From: Escherichia coli
Lineage (GTDB): Bacteria; Pseudomonadota; Gammaproteobacteria; Enterobacterales; Enterobacteriaceae
Reading direction: 5' to 3' (one strand)
NCBI RefSeq assembly: GCF_024223415.1
Contig: NZ_CP100500.1
Length of the DNA: 64,000 bases
The translations under genes were made by a program, and so were the position numbers. The notes beneath the pieces were generated by a model, which was given only the letters and a program-made list of their open reading frames with translations, was not told where the DNA came from and did no database searches. Position 1 is the stretch's first letter; every line of letters starts with the position of its first letter. Shown here in pieces: positions 56,506 through 64,000 of this stretch.

Positions 56506-56733
56506 TCAACGATTCACTTCAGAGACGCTGAAGTCATGAATATCCAGTTCGAAGGCATCCGCCAATTCACGCCATGTATGATATTCACGTCCATCGACGC
56601 TAACGTGTTCAGAATCGTTCTGGCTGCGATGAACCTCGCTTTCGCTAATTTCATTGATCGCCGCCAGCAGGGCATCGACATCGACGCTGACCTCACGTTT
56701 TGCGGTATCGCTGTACTCTTTTGCGGTTTTCAT
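56506..56733 (-). CDS. yodD: small stress-induced protein
   Basis: 75 aa from MKTAKEYSDTAKREVSVD. Confidence 0.85.
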   Translation of the reverse strand: MKTAKEYSDTAKREVSVDVDALLAAINEISESEVHRSQNDSEHVSVDGREYHTWRELADAFELDIHDFSVSEVNR

Positions 56734-56805
56734 CATCTTTCCTCGCAACCGTTACTCTGTTGTTGCCGCCAGTCGTTAAGTCCGCCTGGCATCTCTTAAG
56801 TATAG

Positions 56806-57084
<279 letters not shown>

Positions 57085-57127
57085 TCTTATTCAGCCTGAC
57101 TGGTGGGAAACCACCAGTCAGAATGTG

Positions 57128-57751
57128 TTAGCGCATGTTGACAAAAATACCATTAGTCACATTATCCGTCAGTCGGACGACATGGTAGATAACCTGTTTA
57201 TTATGCGTTTTGATCTTACGTTTAATATTACCTTTATGCGATGAAACGGTCTTGGCTTTGATATTCATTTGGTCAGAGATTTGAATGGTTCCCTGACCTG
57301 CCATCCACATTCGCAACATACTCGATTCGGTTCGGCTCAATGATAACGTCGGCATATTTAAAAAAGAGGTTATCGTTGTCTCTTTTTTCAGAATATCGCC
57401 AAGGATATCGTCGAGAGATTCCGGTTTAATCGATTTAGAACTTATCAATAAATTTTTTCTGACCAATAGATATTCATCAAAATGAACATTGGCAATTGCC
57501 ATAAAAACGATAAATAACGTATTGGGATGTTGATTAATGATGTGCTTGATGTGCTGACTGTTAGAAGCATCATGGATGAAACAGTCCTCATTAATAAACA
57601 CCACTGAAGGGCGCTGTGAATCACAAGCTATGGCAAGGTCATCAACGGTTTCAATGTCGTTGATTTCTCTTTTTTTAACCCCTCTACTCAACAGATACCC
57701 GGTTAAACCTAGTCGGGTGTAACTACATAAATCCATAATAATCGTTGACAT
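57128..57751 (-). CDS. rcsA: LuxR-type auxiliary regulator of capsule synthesis
   Basis: 207 aa, [24 protein letters not shown]. Confidence 0.95.
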
Positions 57752-58040
57752 GGCATACCCTCACTCAATGCGTAACGATAATTCCCCTTACCTGAATATT
57801 TCATCATGACTAAACGGAACAACATGGGTCACCTAATGCGCCACTCTCGCGATTTTTCAGGCGGACTTACTATCCCGTAAAGTGTTGTATAATTTGCCTG
57901 GAATTGTCTTAAAGTAAAGTAAATGTTGCGATATGTGAGTGAGCTTAAAACAAATATTTCGCCGCAGGAGTATCCTGGAAGATGTTCGTAGGTATTATTT
58001 TTCGGATAATCCTTAGGATAACATGATAAACGTTACGGAA

Positions 58041-58826
58041 TTATATTAATGGCAATTCACTAATAATATCAGCCAGCAAATTAAACATCTCACTGAATAA
58101 ATGTTCGCAAAAAGGCGCAATTAACGGCATTAATGCCGCCATTAAAGAGATACCGACAGTCAGAGTTAATGGAAATCCAATAACAAAAATGGATAATTGC
58201 GGGGCCATACGATTCAGTAAACCTAATGCCAGATTCAGGGTCAGCAGCAGAGTAATGAGCGGTAACGCCAGCATCAGCCCGTTAAGGAAAATCAAACTCC
58301 CTGCTTTGGTGAGTGCCAGAAACGCATTGCTGTTCAACGGTTCGCCACCAATCGGCAGGGTGTGAAAGGTATCGACCAGCAGTGAAATCAACCATAAATG
58401 ACCGTTAAATGTCAGGAACAGCAGTAACGCCAGCATATCCATGATACGCGCTAGAACGGGCATGTTGAGATGGCTGGCCGGATCGACAAACGTCGCAAAT
58501 GACAGCCCCATTTGCAGACCGATAATTTCGCCAGCGGTTCGCACAGCGGCAAAGGCAAATTGCATGGTGAAACCAAGCGCAATGCCGATCAGGATCTGCT
58601 GCACGGCCAGCCACAGAGCAAAGAACGAAAAAACAGGAACATCGTTGGCAGGTAATGATGGGGCAATAGCGAACGTGATCATCATTGCCAGACCCAGTTT
58701 TACCCGCTTCGGCACGCTGCGTTCGCTCAGAATTGGCGCGGTAGAAATGAGCGCCAGCACGCGCAGTAACGGCCAGAAGTACAGACTTAGCCAGGAAAGC
58801 CATTGATCGCTTGTCACCTGCAACAT
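58041..58826 (-). CDS. fliR: flagellar export apparatus protein FliR
   Basis: 261 aa from [19 protein letters not shown]. Confidence 0.9.
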   Translation of the reverse strand: MLQVTSDQWLSWLSLYFWPLLRVLALISTAPILSERSVPKRVKLGLAMMITFAIAPSLPANDVPVFSFFALWLAVQQILIGIALGFTMQFAFAAVRTAGEIIGLQMGLSFATFVDPASHLNMPVLARIMDMLALLLFLTFNGHLWLISLLVDTFHTLPIGGEPLNSNAFLALTKAGSLIFLNGLMLALPLITLLLTLNLALGLLNRMAPQLSIFVIGFPLTLTVGISLMAALMPLIAPFCEHLFSEMFNLLADIISELPLI

Positions 58827-58833
58827 AGTACGG

Positions 58834-59103
58834 CTACCCGATGGTATACGGCAGGTTAGTGAACAAGGTGCGGACGTAATCCAGCAACAGATTGAGCATC
58901 CACGGTCCGGCAATAATAATGGCAATAAATACGGCGATGATTTTCGGAATAAACGACAGCGTCATTTCGTTAATCTGGGTGGCGGCCTGCAAAATACTGA
59001 TGATAAGGCCCGTGACCAACGCTACCAACAATAGCGGGGCAGCCAGTGCCAGCGCGACTTTCATCGCTTCAGTCCCCATCATCATGACCGATTCAGGTGT
59101 CAT
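58834..59103 (-). CDS. fliQ: flagellar export apparatus protein FliQ
   Basis: 89 aa. Confidence 0.95.
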   Translation of the reverse strand: MTPESVMMMGTEAMKVALALAAPLLLVALVTGLIISILQAATQINEMTLSFIPKIIAVFIAIIIAGPWMLNLLLDYVRTLFTNLPYTIG

Positions 59104-59112
59104 TTTGCCTCT

Positions 59113-59850
59113 CTAGCTGTAAAAGCTCTGCGCCAGCGAACCGACCAGCAATTGCCAGCCATCCACCAGTACAAACAGCATCAGTTTAAAGGGCAGAGCA
59201 ATGGTGGCGGGGGGAACCATCATCATCCCTAATGCCATCAACACGCTGGCTATCACCAGGTCGATAATCAAAAAAGGGATGAAAATCGTGAAGCCTATCT
59301 GAAATGCGGTTTTCAACTCGCTGGTCACGTAGGCCGGGAGCAAAATGCGCATCGGCACGGCTTCAGGTCCCTGCAACGGGTCGGTATTCGCTAGTCTGGC
59401 AAACAACCCTAAATCTGCCTCACGGGTCTGACGCAGCATAAACTCACGTAGCGGCTGCGCCCCTTTTTCCAGCGCCTCCTGCATTGATATTTTCTCTTCG
59501 CTGAATGGCTGGTACGCATCGACATAAATTTTGTCGATCACCGGTGACATAATAAAAAAGGTCAAAAATAGTGCCAGCCCCAGCAATACCTGGTTAGGTG
59601 GCGCGGAGGGCGTTCCCAGCGCGTTACGCAATAAACCAAAAACAATGATGATGCGGGTGAAACTGGTCATCATCAGTAAAATTGCCGGAATAAACGTCAA
59701 CGAGGTGATGAACACCAGCGTCTGCACCGGGAGCGACCAGCTTTGTCCACCGCCAGGCAGCGGCTGGCTGGTGATACCCGGCAGTTGCGCGAAGGCGAGG
59801 GGCGTAACCAGCCAGAGAAGGACAGGTGCGATAGACAACAAACGACGCAT
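59113..59850 (-). CDS. fliP: flagellar export apparatus protein FliP
   Basis: 245 aa with signal peptide. Confidence 0.95.
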   Translation of the reverse strand: MRRLLSIAPVLLWLVTPLAFAQLPGITSQPLPGGGQSWSLPVQTLVFITSLTFIPAILLMMTSFTRIIIVFGLLRNALGTPSAPPNQVLLGLALFLTFFIMSPVIDKIYVDAYQPFSEEKISMQEALEKGAQPLREFMLRQTREADLGLFARLANTDPLQGPEAVPMRILLPAYVTSELKTAFQIGFTIFIPFLIIDLVIASVLMALGMMMVPPATIALPFKLMLFVLVDGWQLLVGSLAQSFYS

Positions 59851-60218
59851 CAGGATCTCCCACTACGCTTAAGCAAATTTTTCATGACCGACTGAAAATC
59901 GGTTTGCGGTATCTCTTCTGTTGGTGCTGAAGGGGGAAGTTTATGCAGCAGATTGATTTGCCCTGCGGTAACGCCGAGCACCAGCCGTGCATCTTCCACA
60001 TCGACCACCACAACCCGTTCACGCGCGCCCAGCGAAGCACTGGCGCTAATTTTCAGACCGTTAACGCCAGTGCGTTTCGGGGCAAATCCCAACCGTTTTA
60101 CCAGCCAGGCAGCAGCGAGGATCAGGGCAATAATGGCGATGAGTGCGCCGCTGACCTGCAGCAGTGGCGCAGCAGAAACCGGCGTGGAAGATTGCACAGT
60201 AGCGTGGTTATTCATCAC
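59850..60218 (-). CDS. fliO: flagellar protein FliO
   Basis: About 121 aa, single TM; operon position. Confidence 0.85.
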   Translation of the reverse strand: MMNNHATVQSSTPVSAAPLLQVSGALIAIIALILAAAWLVKRLGFAPKRTGVNGLKISASASLGARERVVVVDVEDARLVLGVTAGQINLLHKLPPSAPTEEIPQTDFQSVMKNLLKRSGRS

Positions 60219-60631
60219 TAACGGCTCAGGCGACGCATTCGCTCAGACGGAGTAATGATATCGGTGATCCGCACGCCATATTTATCGGCAACGACCACCA
60301 CTTCGCCCTGGGCGATTAAATAACCGTTGATCAGAATATCCAGTGGTTCGCCCGCCAGACCGTCCAGCGCCACGACGGACCCTTGCGTCAGACGCAACAG
60401 CTCTTTGATGGTCATCCGCGTACGGCCCAGCTCGACGGTCAGCTTGACCGGAATATCCATTATCAGGTCGATATCCTGCAACGTTCCGCTGACATCACCA
60501 CCGCCAAATTGCTGGAACACCGCGTCGGCAGCGCTTTTGCTGCTGGTTGATTTTTGTTCGCTCAACGCTTCAGCCCACAGATCGTCCATTGCGCCGTTGT
60601 TGTCATCGGCCGGATTATTCATGTCACTCAT
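60218..60631 (-). CDS. fliN: flagellar motor switch protein FliN
   Basis: 137 aa. Confidence 0.95.
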   Translation of the reverse strand: MSDMNNPADDNNGAMDDLWAEALSEQKSTSSKSAADAVFQQFGGGDVSGTLQDIDLIMDIPVKLTVELGRTRMTIKELLRLTQGSVVALDGLAGEPLDILINGYLIAQGEVVVVADKYGVRITDIITPSERMRRLSR

Positions 60632-61632
60632 TTGGGCTGTTCCTCGTTCAGAGAATTTAAAATCGGGTTAATCAAATGTTCTATCCGTAACGCATACTGA
60701 CCGTTGAGAGTGCCGTACTGACTGGTCAGCACCGGGACGCCGTCAACATGGGCGATGATGCGATCGGGTTTTTCTATCGGCAGGACGTCGCCGGGTTTCA
60801 GTTTTAAAATCTGCGACAGGCGTAGCGAGATATCGGCAAAGTTGGCGACCAGCTCCAGCTGTGAATGCTGCACCTGGCGCACCAGGTTATCGCGCCAGTT
60901 CTGATCTTCATTACGCGAGTTTTCCAGCGGCGGGTTAACCAACAATTCCCGTAGCGGCTCGATCATGCTGAATGGCAGACAGATATTAAATTCGCCGGTC
61001 AGGTTGCCAATCTCCACATGGAACGGCGTGTTAACCACAATGTCGTTCGGCGAGGTGGTGATATTGGTAAATTTCACCTGCATTTCCGAACGCACGTACT
61101 CAACTTCCAGCGGATTAATCGCCTTCCAGGCGTCGCTATAGCCTTCAAGCGCCAGCTTTAACATGCGGTTGATGACGCGCTGTTCGGTATGGGTAAACTC
61201 GCGACCTTCCACTTTGGTCGGGAAGCGTCCATCGCCGCCAAACAGGTTATCCACGGCGATAAACACCAGACTCGGTGAAAACACCACCAGCCCTGTGCCG
61301 CGCAGCGGTTTCAGATGGATAAGGTTCAGGTTGGTCGGCACCGGCAGGTTGCGGGCAAATTCATGGTACGGCTGAATGCGGATGGCCCCGACGGTTATAT
61401 CCGGGCTACGACGCAGCAGGTTGAACAGCCCCATACGAAAATGGCGGGCAAAGCGCTCATTAATGATTTCCAGCGCCTGCAAACGTTCGCGCACAACCCG
61501 TCGTTGGGTATTCGGATCGTACGGACGAATGTCACTTTCGCCGCTAACACTGGCTGTCGGTTCGTCTTTGACTTCGCTGTCACCATTCAACAGCGCATCA
61601 ATTTCAGCTTGAGAAAGAATACTATCGCCCAT
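60628..61632 (-). CDS. fliM: flagellar motor switch protein FliM
   Basis: 334 aa from MGDSILSQAEIDALL. Confidence 0.95.
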   Translation of the reverse strand: MGDSILSQAEIDALLNGDSEVKDEPTASVSGESDIRPYDPNTQRRVVRERLQALEIINERFARHFRMGLFNLLRRSPDITVGAIRIQPYHEFARNLPVPTNLNLIHLKPLRGTGLVVFSPSLVFIAVDNLFGGDGRFPTKVEGREFTHTEQRVINRMLKLALEGYSDAWKAINPLEVEYVRSEMQVKFTNITTSPNDIVVNTPFHVEIGNLTGEFNICLPFSMIEPLRELLVNPPLENSRNEDQNWRDNLVRQVQHSQLELVANFADISLRLSQILKLKPGDVLPIEKPDRIIAHVDGVPVLTSQYGTLNGQYALRIEHLINPILNSLNEEQPK

Positions 61633-61636
61633 GTCG

Positions 61637-62101
61637 TTATCGCAGAATAAAAGCGGTATACAGCACGTCGGTGACATCCTGTTTCGGTTGCCCGGCAACA
61701 AGCGGGGTGGAAAGCGTGGTTTTAATCTCGGCAATCAGGTTTTTCTTGCCTTCTTCTGTCGCCAGTACGGCAGCATCCTGACGCGAAAACAGTAACAGCA
61801 AACGGCTACGGACTTCCGGCAAATACTCACTCAGCCGCGAGCGGGTAGCTTCATCTTTCAGGCGCAGGGTTATGCCGATATAAAGTACGCGATCTGCATC
61901 GCCCAGATTGACCGTAAAGGTATCCAGCGCATAGAAGACCGGGGAGGGCACGACGCGTTGCTGCGCTTTGTCGTCAGCGGCAACCTGATGCGAATGCCAG
62001 TAGCTGTAACCTGCGCTGGCACAGGCCGCGAGGGTAATGAATACCAGAATCGGGATCCAAAGCGATCGCTTGCTTTTCTTGCTTATCGCGTAATCAGTCA
62101 T
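61637..62101 (-). CDS. fliL: flagellar basal-body-associated protein FliL
   Basis: 154 aa. Confidence 0.95.
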   Translation of the reverse strand: MTDYAISKKSKRSLWIPILVFITLAACASAGYSYWHSHQVAADDKAQQRVVPSPVFYALDTFTVNLGDADRVLYIGITLRLKDEATRSRLSEYLPEVRSRLLLLFSRQDAAVLATEEGKKNLIAEIKTTLSTPLVAGQPKQDVTDVLYTAFILR

Positions 62102-62205
62102 GTGTTGCGGTCTTCCTGTGTCGCTACTGCTTATCGGCTAATTATCCTGCGTCTTGAGCGCAACAAAGCGGGGAAAAGACGCGGATTACGGTGCTACCTC
62201 TGACG

Positions 62206-63333
62206 TTAGGCGAAAATATCAACGCCGCTGTTGCCTGTTACACGTACTTGTAAAGAGACGGGAACCGGAAGCGTATCGTCGTCTTCCCCCGCCAGAGGTT
62301 CATGGTTTGCTGTGCGTTGGCTTTGCTGTTGCTGGGAAGCGGCCTGCTGCTGACCACTAAAGCTTTCGCCACTGATGTTGCTTTGCCCTAACTGAATGCC
62401 ACTTTCGGCCAGCTGCGTTCGCAGTACCGGAAGCGCTGCTTCCAGGGCGGCGCGTACGTGTTGATGCGGTGAAACCATCTGGATTTGCGCCTGGTTATCA
62501 TCCACTTTGAGGGAGATTTGCACTTCACCTAAATCCTGCGGGTGCAGACGCAACTCTGCACTTTGTTGCCCCTGGCGGGTGAACAGCGAAATATGCTGGC
62601 TTAATGATTGTTGCCATTCGTGAGAACCCAGCGGTGCACTCAACACAGGCGCGGCGACGGTGGGCAGTGGCTGTGTCTGGTGTGGAGTGATTAGCGGGCT
62701 GGCGGCAGCGGTCACCGGTGAAGGTGTGCTGATGACTTCCGCTTTACTCTGGGCTTCTGCTACCAGCGGTGTTAATGGCTGAGCTGGCGTGCCGGGGGCA
62801 TCATCAGGCTGTGCTGTTGTGAGTTGCGCAGAAGTCAGTTTTGTGAAGAGCGTTGGTTTCTCTGCCGGTAACACGGTTGACGGCACATCAGTCACTTTGG
62901 GCGTATTGTCAAAACCCGGCAACATCGCAAAAAGGGCGCTCAGGCTTGCGGTGACGTCTTCATTCAGATCATCCGCTTTTTCGTCTTTTGCCGTATTGTT
63001 GCCAGCCACCGCAGCCAACGTCATCGTTTGAGCGGTGGTTAATGGTGTTGATGTGGATTGTTCGTCGTTGATGACAGGCGGTGTTTCATCCACGGGGATC
63101 AGTAAATCCGCTTGTTGCGCGTCGGCAAGAATATCGCTGATCAGCGGCTCGCCTTTTGTCGTGGGCTTATCTGTTGCCACCAGCAACTGGGGGGCCGCTT
63201 TGTCGGTAGTTGTCTCGCCTGCTAATGCTTCGCTCAACAACGCGAGAAAATCTTGTGCAGCATCGCTGGCTTTGCCGCCAGGCAATGTGGTGGTGTCAAC
63301 GTCGGCGGTAATTAAGGGCGCTAAGCGAATCAT
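62206..63333 (-). CDS. fliK: flagellar hook-length control protein FliK
   Basis: 375 aa, Pro/Gln/Thr-rich. Confidence 0.9.
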   Translation of the reverse strand: MIRLAPLITADVDTTTLPGGKASDAAQDFLALLSEALAGETTTDKAAPQLLVATDKPTTKGEPLISDILADAQQADLLIPVDETPPVINDEQSTSTPLTTAQTMTLAAVAGNNTAKDEKADDLNEDVTASLSALFAMLPGFDNTPKVTDVPSTVLPAEKPTLFTKLTSAQLTTAQPDDAPGTPAQPLTPLVAEAQSKAEVISTPSPVTAAASPLITPHQTQPLPTVAAPVLSAPLGSHEWQQSLSQHISLFTRQGQQSAELRLHPQDLGEVQISLKVDDNQAQIQMVSPHQHVRAALEAALPVLRTQLAESGIQLGQSNISGESFSGQQQAASQQQQSQRTANHEPLAGEDDDTLPVPVSLQVRVTGNSGVDIFA

Positions 63334-63773
63334 TCAGGTTTCCTCATGGCGGCGCGCTGGGCGAACTCATCCATCTTTTTCTGATCGAGGCGGTTTTCTG
63401 CAAGCAGTGCCGCCGTGGATTGCCGTTCCTGCAGTGTCTGCCAGGCCTGCAAACGTTGTTTCTTTTCTCGCCAGCTGTTCAGGGCAATGTCAACTTTCTG
63501 CGTCCACTGATTAAGTTGCTGGCGATGCTGAGTAATGGCTTTTTCCAGCGTCTGGATAAACTGCTGATAGTTGATCCAGCGGTTGCTGGTCATCCCGGCA
63601 CTCATATCGCTGTTGAGGTTATTGCGATATTCATTCTGATAATCGATCAGCATTTTGAGCTGTTCTTCCGCCTGCTGACACCCGCGACGCATTTCACCCA
63701 GCAGGCGCGCGGCATCCTCTACCTCTTTTTCTGCCAGATCTTTCAGGGTCGCCAGCGCGCCATGTTCTGCCAT
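63330..63773 (-). CDS. fliJ: flagellar export chaperone FliJ
   Basis: 147 aa coiled-coil protein. Confidence 0.9.
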   Translation of the reverse strand: MAEHGALATLKDLAEKEVEDAARLLGEMRRGCQQAEEQLKMLIDYQNEYRNNLNSDMSAGMTSNRWINYQQFIQTLEKAITQHRQQLNQWTQKVDIALNSWREKKQRLQAWQTLQERQSTAALLAENRLDQKKMDEFAQRAAMRKPE

Positions 63774-63791
63774 CTGCCGTTATCTCCTGGG

Positions 63792-64000
63792 TTATGACAC
63801 TGTCGGGAAAATACGCTCCAGCCCCTGGAGAGACGCTTCCCAGTCCGCACGTTCAAAAATGCCTTGTTGCAAATAGCCCTCCAGCTGCGGCCACAGGGCG
63901 ATGGCTTTGTCGAGCATCGGATCGCTGCCTTTGGCATACGCGCCGACGCTAACCAGATCGCGGTTACGCTGAAAACTCGACAACAGCTGTTTGAAGGTGC
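63792..64000 (-). CDS. fliI: flagellum-specific ATPase FliI, C-terminal part only (gene continues beyond the window)
   Basis: C-terminal sequence ...[14 protein letters not shown]; frame open to the window edge. Confidence 0.8.

Overview
This window is an Escherichia coli-type chromosomal segment, reverse-oriented relative to the K-12 map, running from the cobUST locus to the fliI-fliR flagellar operons. All gene calls rest on reading the supplied ORF translations and the DNA by eye; no database search was run. The core part (15.2-64 kb) holds cobU-cobS-cobT, ldtA(erfK), four identical tRNA-Asn genes (asnV, asnU, asnW, asnT), nac, cbl, yeeO, yeeN, amn, shiA, yeeL, the giant inverse-autotransporter adhesin gene yeeJ, mtfA, serU, zinT, msrQ-msrP-hiuH with divergent hprRS, hchA, a yedS-type porin, yedR, yedJ, dcm-vsr, yedA, yedI, yodC, dgcQ, yedP, dsrA, yodD, dsrB, rcsA and fliRQPONMLKJ(I). 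The first ~14 kb is accessory DNA sitting where K-12 carries the CP4-44 prophage. It holds an intact three-ORF IS66-family element, an integrase-less island remnant (AlpA-like regulator, an HUH Rep-like protein, two tandem Cys-rich paralogues, a small zinc-ribbon membrane protein), a decayed ISL3 element abutting a ggt fragment, an AT-rich four-gene cassette (phosphotriesterase-family hydrolase, DUF606 transporter with an in-frame amber stop, ThuA-like protein, HTH-PfkB kinase fusion) and a second IS66 remnant. The best candidates for undescribed biology are the Rep-like/Cys-rich operon with the nearby zinc-ribbon membrane protein, and the sugar-lactone-like cassette. No CRISPR array, restriction-modification gene or other recognised defence gene was found. 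Functions for the accessory genes are inferred and remain unverified.
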